Part shown: piece by piece, positions 9,650 to 18,404 of the stretch
How positions within the stretch are numbered: the stretch's first letter is position 1
How the letters are laid out: each line of letters opens with the position of its first letter
Source: Lentisphaeria bacterium
GTDB lineage: Bacteria > Verrucomicrobiota > Lentisphaeria > JABSQK01 > JAWLHB01
Length of the DNA: 64,000 nucleotides
Direction: 5' to 3'
Assembly: GCA_041690595.1 (NCBI GenBank)
Contig: JAWLHB010000027.1
Coordinates: 35,729 to 99,728 of the forward strand
Translations under genes and position numbers: made by a program
Notes under the pieces: generated by a model
What the model saw: only the letters and a program-made list of their open reading frames with translations
Database searches by the model: none
What the model was told of the DNA's origin: nothing

Positions 9650-9949
9650 TCATGCCACCGGGAGTTGCCAGATGATAGTGCCGCTTCGGCGGCAACGATG
9701 ATACACGTCTCGGAGTTCACTTATCTCGCTCTTTCGCAGACTGGTTCCAAAGTGCCGGACAAGACCGTCGCAGACAATCTTTCCCCTGAAGGGAAGAAGA
9801 CAAGTGTCGACGACCGAAAATTCCTTGACCAGTCGATCCAGCGGATTCGTCAACTCCATTACGGCGTAGAATCTCCTGTCCTCGAAGTATAGCATGGCGG
9901 AATGATCCTTGTAGCACTTCAAGAAGAAGTCTTGAGGGTTCAGTAGCAT
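9650..9949 (-). CDS. Orphan hypothetical protein in a low-GC island
   Basis: Track ORF 9650..10132, probable start MLLNPQDFF (9949), ~99 aa. Local GC is visibly lower than the flanks. No recognisable domain. Confidence 0.3.
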   Translation of the reverse strand: MLLNPQDFFLKCYKDHSAMLYFEDRRFYAVMELTNPLDRLVKEFSVVDTCLLPFRGKIVCDGLVRHFGTSLRKSEISELRDVYHRCRRSGTIIWQLPVA

Positions 9950-10227
9950 CAGCGCACATCTCTTCCAGGGATCTATCTTTTGGCTGGGCGAAAGGGCCTT
10001 ACCGTCGTTGCCAGCATGATAGTACGGGAATCCGGCGGCGTCAATGCGGGACAAGCAAGAGTCCCCTCGGCAGTTCCCGGTCGGCGGGACGTGCCGGGTT
10101 CTTGGCGGCACACGGACGAACAAGACTGGCACGGACGGACACTGGAGCGGGGGAGCAGTGAAGCGAAAGTGGAGTGCCGTCAGTTGGAACTACGTGCCGC
10201 CTGAGGCCAGCTTGTTCAAAGGCTGGT

Positions 10228-11274
10228 TCATCCGGCCATCTGAGCGTGTGTCCAGCGAAGCAGCTCCTCGGTCTTCTCCCAACTCATGCATTCGTCGGTG
10301 ATGGAGATCCCGTACTTCAGCTCGCTGGGATTCTTCAGCTCCTGGCTGCCTTCATGAATGTTGCTTTCGAGCATGACGCCGATGATGGAGCTTTGCCCTT
10401 GGATGCGCTGGGCGATGACGCTTCGCAGCACCTTCTCCTGATTCTGGTGCTTCTTGCCCGAGTTCGCATGGCTGCAGTCGACCATGATGGTTGGTTCGAA
10501 GCTGCTGGCTTCCAGCTCCTTCATGACGTTGGCAATGCTTTCGGGGTCGTAATTGGGGCCGGTAGAGCGTCCGCCGCGGAGGACGAGGTGTCCCCACGGG
10601 TTGCCGTTGGTGCGAACCACGCAGGTGGTGCCGTCGTTGTCGATGCCCAGGAAGCAGTGGGGGTGACGGGCGGATTCCATGGCATCGAGCGCCACCTTCA
10701 GGTTACCATCGGTGCTGTTCTTGAAGCCGACGGGCATGGAGAGTCCACTGGCCAGCTCGCGGTGGGTTTGCGATTCGGTGGTGCGGGCGCCGATGGCGGA
10801 CCAGCTGACAAGATCGGCGGTGTATTGGGGTGAGATGGGGTCGAGCATCTCGGAGGCGACGGGCAGTCCCATGCCGACGACGTCCAGCAGGATGCCGCGG
10901 GCGAGGGGCAGACCGGCGGTCATGTCTTCGGAGCCGTCGAGGTTGGGATCGAAGAGGAGTCCCTTCCAGCCGATGATGGTGCGGGGTTTCTCGAAGTAGA
11001 CGCGCATGAAGATGGACAGGCGATCCTGCAGCTCCGTGCGCAGCTGGGCGAGGCGGCCGGCGTATTCCATGGCGGCCTTGCGGCAGTGAATCGAGCAGGG
11101 GCCGACGACGACCATCAGCCTTTTGTCCTTCTTGCTGAGGATCCGCATCACATCCTCGCGTCCCTGCAGAACGACCTCGAGATGAGCTTCGGTCGCAGGC
11201 TGTTCAGATTTCAAGAGGGCCGGAGATTTCAATGGGGAAAACTCCCTGACGTGTATGTCCTGTACTGGTTTCAT
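10228..11274 (-). CDS. 3-deoxy-7-phosphoheptulonate (DAHP) synthase, class I-alpha (AroF/G/H family)
   Basis: Near-collinear to E. coli AroG: [20 protein letters not shown](T/I)[27 protein letters not shown](S/G)[13 protein letters not shown]. Start taken at MKPVQ (GGAG RBS 7 nt upstream). The track's upstream ATG 11289 is also possible. Confidence 0.95.
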   Translation of the reverse strand: MKPVQDIHVREFSPLKSPALLKSEQPATEAHLEVVLQGREDVMRILSKKDKRLMVVVGPCSIHCRKAAMEYAGRLAQLRTELQDRLSIFMRVYFEKPRTIIGWKGLLFDPNLDGSEDMTAGLPLARGILLDVVGMGLPVASEMLDPISPQYTADLVSWSAIGARTTESQTHRELASGLSMPVGFKNSTDGNLKVALDAMESARHPHCFLGIDNDGTTCVVRTNGNPWGHLVLRGGRSTGPNYDPESIANVMKELEASSFEPTIMVDCSHANSGKKHQNQEKVLRSVIAQRIQGQSSIIGVMLESNIHEGSQELKNPSELKYGISITDECMSWEKTEELLRWTHAQMAG

Positions 11275-11310
11275 CCTGAAACTCCGCATGTGGCTTTTAG
11301 GGAAAACGCA

Positions 11311-11337
11311 AAAAGCCCCTGGGATTCAGGGGCTTTT
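11311..11337 (-). terminator. Intrinsic-terminator-like hairpin (AAAAGCCCCUG-AAUCC-CAGGGGCUUUUU on the minus-strand transcript) 37 nt upstream of the DAHP synthase start codon; putative attenuator terminator
   Basis: Perfect GC-rich stem plus U-run read on the minus strand. Lies between the leader ORF and aroG. Confidence 0.55.
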
Positions 11338-11375
11338 GAGAGTGTCATGCTTAACCGATCGTCAGCAGGCAGCAG

Positions 11376-11444
11376 TCATTCGCCCCGTCCTGTAAAGGGG
11401 GCAAAAAACCAATAATAAAAGGCTGCGGTGTGACGGTCGATCAT
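11376..11444 (-). CDS. Putative attenuator leader peptide MIDRHTAAFYYWFFAPFTGRGE (22 aa, 7 aromatic residues)
   Basis: Hand-translated from ATG at 11444 to TGA at 11376-11378. Codons UUU UAU UAU UGG UUU UUU GCC CCC UUU. Shorter than the track's 60-aa cutoff. Confidence 0.55.
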   Translation of the reverse strand: MIDRHTAAFYYWFFAPFTGRGE

Positions 11445-11612
11445 GACAAATCCAGACTTTGGCCGTGATAGGGCCTGCTGTGAAAAATTAACGCGGTTAG
11501 TATACGCAGGCTTTTCGGCGAATGCAAGCACCTGCGAAAGAGAAGTGTGCAGCGATTGCGGAAGGAGGTGGCGAGGCTATGTTGAAGGGACAACCACGGA
11601 GAGGGAAGAGCT

Positions 11613-12728
11613 ATGACACCACGGGCACGGATTGCGGCAGTCTGGGCGGGGCAGGAGGTGGACAGGGTACCGATCGAGATCGGCATCCATGCGGCGGTGC
11701 GCGAGCATCCGCGGGCGCGGGAGCTGTGCGCCTTGGTGGATGCGCATGCGGACAACTTCACGAGCGTGCCCGGGCCGGAGTATGGCTTTCTGGGGCTGCC
11801 GGCGACGCAGCGTCGGGAGGTGGTCGAAGAATCCCCGGCGGGGGTGCGCAAACGGACGGTGGTGGACACGGGCGTCGGCGAGTTTGTCGCCGTGACCTGG
11901 CATCCGGCGGACAATCCGGACTATCATTGGGAAGAGCGCTACCTGCGGAGCATTGACGACCTGCGGCGGGTGAATGCATGCCCGCGCCCGCCGCTGAGCT
12001 GGGACGCGCCGGGGCAGACGCAGCGGCTCGCGGAGATCGGCGAGAGCGCGTATCCTCTGGTGGGGCTGTTTCACCCCCTCGGCACTCTGGTCCGGCAGGC
12101 GGATATGGAGGAGGTTTACGCCTGGCTGGCGACGGAAGGGGCGGAGGTGCATCGCTATCTCGCGGCGGCGAACGAGCAACTGATCGCTGCCATCGAGGGT
12201 ATGGCCGCGGCGGGGATGCACTGCGAGTTCATGACGTGGGCGCACGAGATGCTGATAGCGCCATGGCTGGGCGTGCGGCAGTGGGACGAGTTCGTGGCAC
12301 CGTACGATCGCGAGCTGATCGCGGCGATCCATCGTGTTGGCGGTCGCATCCGCATCCATTGCCATGGCGCGGTGTCGACCTATCTGGAGCGCTTTCTGGA
12401 GCTGGGCGTCGATTCCATGGAGCCGCTTGAGCTGCCACCCTACGGCGATATCGACCTGGCCGACGCGAAGCGGCGAATCGGCGAACGGATGCTGCTGTCG
12501 GGCGGTCTGAACAGCCAGAACTGGGTACATGCGTCAGCGGATCAGGTACGCGAGGAGGTGAAGAGCGCCATCCGCCAGATGGCGAAGGGAGGCCGCTTCA
12601 CGCTCAAGCCAAGTGGCGCCGGCCCGCTCACGCGCCTCATCGCCATGTCCCGAGAGGCTGAAGAGCGCGATCTCGACAATTTTCTCGTCTACATGCAGAC
12701 CGCGCTTGAGTTCGGCCGCTACGGCTGA
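11613..12728 (+). CDS. Uroporphyrinogen-decarboxylase (URO-D)/MtaA-like family protein
   Basis: 371 aa. Overall URO-D fold signatures (DRVPIE..., C-terminal TIM-barrel-like region). Function in this context unknown. Confidence 0.65.
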   Translation: MTPRARIAAVWAGQEVDRVPIEIGIHAAVREHPRARELCALVDAHADNFTSVPGPEYGFLGLPATQRREVVEESPAGVRKRTVVDTGVGEFVAVTWHPADNPDYHWEERYLRSIDDLRRVNACPRPPLSWDAPGQTQRLAEIGESAYPLVGLFHPLGTLVRQADMEEVYAWLATEGAEVHRYLAAANEQLIAAIEGMAAAGMHCEFMTWAHEMLIAPWLGVRQWDEFVAPYDRELIAAIHRVGGRIRIHCHGAVSTYLERFLELGVDSMEPLELPPYGDIDLADAKRRIGERMLLSGGLNSQNWVHASADQVREEVKSAIRQMAKGGRFTLKPSGAGPLTRLIAMSREAEERDLDNFLVYMQTALEFGRYG

Positions 12729-12796
12729 GGGGGCATTTAGGGGCGTCAGGCGTTGCGTTCGCGGCGCGGCGGGTTACGGTAGATCTACATTGTTAG

Positions 12797-14851
12797 TTGA
12801 TCATGGCTGAACGGGGAGGTGCAATGCGCACGCCGATGTTTTCTCGCATACTGCATGGGGGCGACTACAATCCGGAACAGTGGCCGGAGGCGGTATGGCT
12901 GGAAGATGTGGCGCTGATGAAAGAGGCGCACTGTCAGACAATGAGTGTCGGGATCTTTTCCTGGGCGGCTCTGGAGCGGGCGGATGGCGAGTATACCTTC
13001 GAGTGGCTGGACCGGGTGATGAATCTGCTGCACGCGAACGGCATCTCGGTGGTGCTGGCGACGCCGTCGGCGGCCCATCCGGCGTGGCTCTCGGCGTCGC
13101 ATCCGGAGGTTCTGCGCTGCCGACATGATCGGGTGCGTGAGGAGCATCGGGCGCGGGTGAATTATTGCCTGACGTCACGGGTATACCGGCGCAAGAGCGC
13201 GGCGATGGCGGAGCAGTTGGCGAGGCGGTATGGCAGTCATCCGGCGCTGATCCTCTGGCATGTGTCGAACGAGTACCACGGTGAGTGCCACTGCGAGCTG
13301 TGTCAATCGGCGTTTCAGGCATGGCTGCGGGAGCGATACGGTTCGCTCGATCAGTTGAATGCGGCGTGGGGGATGCGGGTGTGGAGCCATACGGTGAGCG
13401 CGTGGACGCAGATACGTTCTCCGGCCCCCTGGCCTCACGGGCAGTGGTGCAATCTGGCGCTGAAGCTGGATTGGAAGCGCTTCACGAATGACCAGCATCT
13501 TGCCTGCTATCTCACGGAAGCGGAGGTGCTGCGGCGGATCACGCCGGAGATACCGCTGACGACCAACATGCACCAGCTCTGCACCGGTTGGCTGCACTGG
13601 CGCGCCTTCGCGCCACATGTCGATGTCGCTTCCTGGGACAGCTATCCGGTGGAGTACTTCGAGAGCGGCGACTGGCGGCAGGCGGCGCCGGCAGCGTTCC
13701 GACACGACTTCATGCGTTCGCTCAAGCGGCAGCCGTTTCTGTTGATGGAGAGCAATCCGGGCTGGCAGCGCGGACGGCGGCAGAAGCGGCCTGGGATGCA
13801 TCGGCTGGCCTCTTTGCAGGCGCTGGCGCATGGATCGGAGAGTGTGCAGTATTTTCAGTGGCGGAACTGCCGCTCGCAGGTGGAGAAGTATCACGGGGCG
13901 GTGGTGGACCATGACGGTACCTCGGCGCCGCGGGTATTTCGGGAGGTGGCTGAACTGGGGGGCGAGCTGGAGCAGCTCGTGGCCATTCGCGGCGCGATGC
14001 CACAGCCAAAGGTGGCCGTGATCTTCGATGAGGAGAATCACTGGGCGCTGAGCCATTCGCCGGCCATGCGGGGGGAGGGGGACAGCATCTATCTGGACGT
14101 CTGCCTGGAGCACTACCGCTGCTTCTGGCAGCGGGGGATCGCGGTGGACGTGGTGGCGTCGACCGCGGATCTGTCGGGTTACCGGCTGGTTGTGGCGCCG
14201 TTGCTCTACATGGTGCTTCCGGGGGTTGCCGAGCAGCTTGGTGCCTATGTCGAGGCGGGAGGGATCCTGGTGATCAGTTGCTGGAGCGGTTACGTGGATC
14301 AGCACGACACGGCCTTCGCCGGCGGGTTTCCGGGTCCGCTGCGACATATGGCGGGGCTCTGGTCAGAGGAGATCGATGGCCTGGTGGCGGAGAGCAGCCA
14401 GAGCTTCGGGATGAGGGGATTGGGCATGAGCGGCAGCTTCTCGGCGCGCCGTTTCTGCGATGTCTGCCACTTGGACGATGCCGAGGTGCTGGCGGTTTAT
14501 GAAGATGATTACTATGCGGGGCGCCCCGCGGTCACGCGCAAGAGAAGCGGCAGCGGCTGGTGCTACTATCTGGCGACGCTGCCGGACGAGTCCTTCCTGA
14601 CGCTCTTCCACGGGCAGTTGGCGACGCAGTTGGAGCTGCCGCGCAGTTGGCCGGGTGAGCTTCCGGAGGGCCTTATTGCCCAGGCACGGGGCGAGTACAT
14701 CTTCCTCCTCAACTTCACGAGCAATCCGGCTACTGTTTCCGCTGATGGCCGAGCGTATGTGGAGGTAGCGGGCAACATTGCTTGCGGCGAGCAGATCGAG
14801 TTGCCGCCATTCGGCGCGGTCGTCATCCACTTGCTGGAAGGATCGTCATGA
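12797..14851 (+). CDS. Beta-galactosidase, glycoside hydrolase family 42
   Basis: ILHGGDYNPEQWPE, WHVSNEY, and trimerisation/C-terminal domains typical of GH42. TTG start per track (ATG at MRTPM also possible). Stop overlaps the next gene by ATGA. Confidence 0.9.
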   Translation: MIMAERGGAMRTPMFSRILHGGDYNPEQWPEAVWLEDVALMKEAHCQTMSVGIFSWAALERADGEYTFEWLDRVMNLLHANGISVVLATPSAAHPAWLSASHPEVLRCRHDRVREEHRARVNYCLTSRVYRRKSAAMAEQLARRYGSHPALILWHVSNEYHGECHCELCQSAFQAWLRERYGSLDQLNAAWGMRVWSHTVSAWTQIRSPAPWPHGQWCNLALKLDWKRFTNDQHLACYLTEAEVLRRITPEIPLTTNMHQLCTGWLHWRAFAPHVDVASWDSYPVEYFESGDWRQAAPAAFRHDFMRSLKRQPFLLMESNPGWQRGRRQKRPGMHRLASLQALAHGSESVQYFQWRNCRSQVEKYHGAVVDHDGTSAPRVFREVAELGGELEQLVAIRGAMPQPKVAVIFDEENHWALSHSPAMRGEGDSIYLDVCLEHYRCFWQRGIAVDVVASTADLSGYRLVVAPLLYMVLPGVAEQLGAYVEAGGILVISCWSGYVDQHDTAFAGGFPGPLRHMAGLWSEEIDGLVAESSQSFGMRGLGMSGSFSARRFCDVCHLDDAEVLAVYEDDYYAGRPAVTRKRSGSGWCYYLATLPDESFLTLFHGQLATQLELPRSWPGELPEGLIAQARGEYIFLLNFTSNPATVSADGRAYVEVAGNIACGEQIELPPFGAVVIHLLEGSS

Positions 14852-15681
14852 CCCATGCGGAGAGGATGCTCGGAGTAATGAACGCGCTCAGCCGGCTGAC
14901 TGGGCTGCACATTGTCTGGAAGGATGCGTCGGGGGCCGGTGCGGAGGGGCTGCCGGAGGGGGTCTTCACGCACTGCAATCCCTTCTGCCAAGCAGTCAAA
15001 GGCTGCCCGGGGATGACGGAGAAGTGCTGCCAGGACGATACGTATGGGGCTGCGCAACGGGCACTCCGTGAGCGGCGACCCTTCTACAAGGGCTGCCACG
15101 CCGGCGTCACCGAGCTGGTGGTCCCGCTTTTTGACGGGGGACGCTTCGACGGCCTGCTCTTTCTGGGGCCGGTGCGCCTGGACGAGGCCGCCTGTCCGTA
15201 CCCGGCGGCAGGTGAACGCTTCGAGGAGCTTCCGCATCTGGATCAGGCAGTTTTCGACGCGGCCGAGACGCTTCTTGCGGTGCTGGCGGGAGAGCTGGCG
15301 TCGCACAAGGTCATGCCGCGGCTGGCGGAGGCCGAACACGAGCGGCTCGACCCGCGAATAGCGCGGGCGGTCGGCATCATTCAGCGCGACCTGCACCAGC
15401 CGCTGCGCGCCACCAAGCTGGCCAAGGCTTGCTGCCTGAGCACCTCGCGGTTCATTCATCTCTTCAAGCAGAGCCTGGGGATCTCCTACAGCGCCTATGT
15501 GGCTCAGGCGCGGGTCGATCGCGCCAAATCTCTGCTCACGCATACGGAGCTGGGGATGGGAAGCATCGCCGAGGAGACGGGCTTCCCCAACCAGAACTAC
15601 TTCGCCACCGTCTTCCGCCGGCATTGCGGGTGCTCGCCCACCAGCTATCGGCAGTCGACGCGGATTGGCGATACGCCCTGA
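14848..15681 (+). CDS. AraC-family transcriptional regulator with Cys-rich PocR-like N-terminal sensor domain
   Basis: C-terminal AraC HTH (FIHLFKQSLGISYSAYVAQARVDRAKSLL, QNYFATVFRRHCGCSPTSYR). N-terminal region has 5 Cys (HCNPFCQAVKGCPGMTEKCC). ATG overlaps the GH42 stop (ATGA). Confidence 0.8.
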   Translation: MTHAERMLGVMNALSRLTGLHIVWKDASGAGAEGLPEGVFTHCNPFCQAVKGCPGMTEKCCQDDTYGAAQRALRERRPFYKGCHAGVTELVVPLFDGGRFDGLLFLGPVRLDEAACPYPAAGERFEELPHLDQAVFDAAETLLAVLAGELASHKVMPRLAEAEHERLDPRIARAVGIIQRDLHQPLRATKLAKACCLSTSRFIHLFKQSLGISYSAYVAQARVDRAKSLLTHTELGMGSIAEETGFPNQNYFATVFRRHCGCSPTSYRQSTRIGDTP

Positions 15682-15693
15682 CGGGATCCGGTC

Positions 15694-17062
15694 CTACGGG
15701 ATGATGGAGCCGCCTTCCGCCATGGTGCGGCGAACCAGCGCTGGGTCGAGTTCGGCGATGGAGCGGTTGCTGTCCAGCGCGAGCCAGGCGGCGACGCCGG
15801 CGGCTTCTCCGGTCTGGTTCATGTTGACCATGACGCGCACGGCGCTGAAGGCAGTCTTGTCCGCATCCAGCATACGCCCCGCGAGGGTGAGGTTGGGGAT
15901 CTTCTCCTGAACCAGGCAGCGGAAGGGGATCTGGTAGTAGGTAGGATCGACGGGGAGCGGTTCGCGCCAGTGTCCGCGGATGGGGGGCTGGCCGCGGCTT
16001 GGGATCACGGTTTCGGAACCGTCCAGATGCCGGAAGGTGATGCCGGGGCCGTCGGCATGATGGATGTCCACGGGATAGGTGCCGAAGGCGATGGCGTCCT
16101 CGAAGTGGCGGCCCTGGAGGATGTCGTCGCCGGTAACGCAATAGCGGCCGCGGATGCGCCTGGTTTCGCGCGCGCCGATGGTGGCGGCGAGGTCGACGAG
16201 GGCGAGGTGAGCGTCGGCCGGTCCATACTTGCGGATGACGTCCATCATGGCGCGCACCTGGCGTCGCCCCTCGATCTCGCTGTGGATCAGGGAGTTGGCT
16301 TCAGCGGTGTCGGTATGGAAGACATGGGTATCGGCGCGCATCTGGATATCGGGCAGCCCGGGAATGGGCCCTCCCCATCCCCAGTCGGGAGCCAGGCCGA
16401 ACTCGCTGCCGTGTTCGACGATGGCCGCCTGCCAGTCAAAGCCGTTCAGGGTGTTGAAGCCGAGGATCTTGGCGCAGGTAGTCGGCGGCTGCAGGGAGTC
16501 GGGCGCGAACGATTCCAACCCCAGGTCGAGGGCGAGGTCGGCATCGCCGGAGGCATCGATGAACTGGCTGGCGAGGATCGCCTGACGGCCGTTCTTATTC
16601 TCGATGACGATACCTTTCAACCGGTCATTCTCGACGATCGGCGCCGCGTAGAGGGTGCAGAGAAAGGGAGCGATGCCATGGGCTACGGCCAGCTCATCCA
16701 ACTCGATTTTCAGCTCTTCGGTGTTCAGCCGATAGGCGGAGTGGCGATTGCTGATTTCCTCGACCGCCTGACGCTTCTTCAACCTTTCGATGACTTCCGC
16801 GGTCAGTCCGCCGATGATGGACATGTCGTCGGTAGTGTTCTGGAGGCTGTGCCAGACATTGACCAGGGCGACGGTGGCGACGCCGCCGAAGCAGTTATGC
16901 TTCTCGACGATGGCGACTCGTGCGCCGAGCCTGGCGGCGCGGATCGCGGCAAAGATCCCCGTGCAGCTCCCTCCGATTACACAGATGTCGCATTCGTGGA
17001 CGACGGGCACCTGGCGCGCCGGCTCTGAAATCGTGGATTGTGTCTTGATTGTGCGTCGCATG
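15694..17062 (-). CDS. FAD-dependent oxidoreductase (PF12831-like)
   Basis: Start at MRRTIKTQ. CDICVIGGSCTGIFAAIRAARLGARVAIVEK dinucleotide-binding motif. The N-terminal 224 aa of the track ORF are treated as spurious read-through. Confidence 0.75.
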
Positions 17063-17204
17063 AATCGTTCTCCAGTAGATGGATGGCTTGGAAGTTGATT
17101 TGCCAAGTATACAGCATGCGGCGCACGGTCTCTATAGCAAATGATGCTCTCCATCCTTCGATTTGATGCTGTTATGCGATCAAACGGTAGGGCGAGCAGG
17201 TGGT

Positions 17205-18404
17205 TCAGCCTTTGACGGCGCCGAGCTGTATGCCCTTGACGAGGTACTTCTGGAGGAAGATGAAGATCAGGATCATGGGGATGACGGACATGGTGACGGC
17301 GGCCATGAGGAGGTTGGTTTCCTGTCCCTGGGTGGAGTCGAAGTAGAGGAGGCCGATGGGGAGGGTGTACTTGTGCTGTGCCTTCAGCATGACCAGTGGC
17401 CAGAAGAAGCTGTGGTAGGTACCCATGAAGGTGAAGATGGCGAGGGTGATGATGCCCGGCCGGGCCATGGGGAGGATGATGTCCCAGTAAAGTCGCCATG
17501 GGCTGGCGCCATCGATGCAGGCAGCTTCGTCGAGGCTCTTCGGGATGGTGAGCATGAACTGGCGAAGCAGGAAGGTGCCGAAGGCGGTGAAGGCGGCGGG
17601 CAGAATGAGGCCGGTCATGGTGTCGACGAGGCCAAAGGCGATCATGATCTGGTAATTGGGGATCATCATCACCAGACCGGGCAGCATCATGGTGGAGAGG
17701 TAGAGAACGAAGATCTTGTCCCTGCCCGGCCATTCGAGGCGGGCAAAGGCAAAGGCGGCCATGGAGCTGGTGAGCACCTGCAGGAAGGTGACCCAGGCGG
17801 CCACGAAGATGCTGTTGATGTAGTAGCGGCTGAAGGGGATCTGGCGGAAGACTTCGAGGTAATTATACCAGCGCAGCCGCGCGGGAGCGGGGATATGCTC
17901 GCGGTAGGCGTCGTGCAGGAGCCAGCCATTGAGCAGGCTGGTCTGGCGGCTGGTGCGTTGGGGCATGTGAAGCAGTTCAGTGGTTGCGGAACTGAGATCG
18001 ACGCCGGCGAAACGCTCTGGGGTATGGACGCTCGCGCCGGAGATGATGGTGCGGTTGAGCTGTGTGGCGAGGGAGGAGCGGGTCATTTCCGGTGCGGTGA
18101 AGTCGATGCTTTCGCGCAGGAAAGCGTCGAGGGGGCGATCGGAGTCGATGATGCTCTGGCGGAATTGCTGGAAGCGTTGCTCGGAGAACTGCCCGCCTTC
18201 GATGGTGGCAGAATGGGCGGGCAACCAGTCGCCGACGCCGACTTCGGCCAGTGGTTTGAGGCTGGTGAGAAACATCCAGAGGAAGGGGAGGACGAGGCTG
18301 AGGCTGATGACGGTCAGGAGCAGATGGAGGCCAAGGGCCTGCAGGAGGCGCCTTGGTTTTGCCGCATCATGATCGAAGGAGGATGGCTGGTCAGTCATTG
18401 ACAT
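17205..18404 (-). CDS. Carbohydrate ABC transporter permease (MalG-like, with extended periplasmic loop)
   Basis: 6 TM segments and an EAA-like loop (LDEAACIDGASPWRLYWDIILPMARPGI). Start MSMTDQ overlaps the upstream permease stop. Confidence 0.85.
   Translation of the reverse strand: MSMTDQPSSFDHDAAKPRRLLQALGLHLLLTVISLSLVLPFLWMFLTSLKPLAEVGVGDWLPAHSATIEGGQFSEQRFQQFRQSIIDSDRPLDAFLRESIDFTAPEMTRSSLATQLNRTIISGASVHTPERFAGVDLSSATTELLHMPQRTSRQTSLLNGWLLHDAYREHIPAPARLRWYNYLEVFRQIPFSRYYINSIFVAAWVTFLQVLTSSMAAFAFARLEWPGRDKIFVLYLSTMMLPGLVMMIPNYQIMIAFGLVDTMTGLILPAAFTAFGTFLLRQFMLTIPKSLDEAACIDGASPWRLYWDIILPMARPGIITLAIFTFMGTYHSFFWPLVMLKAQHKYTLPIGLLYFDSTQGQETNLLMAAVTMSVIPMILIFIFLQKYLVKGIQLGAVKG

Noticed and set aside
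12781-12840. Apparent 1-nt frame inconsistency at the GH42 5' end when hand-indexing the printed line
   Set aside because: The provided ORF track gives a continuous 684-aa protein through this region with canonical GH42 motifs. The discrepancy seems to be a local printing or indexing quirk (net zero shift within one line), not a real frameshift or pseudogene. Track coordinates were used.
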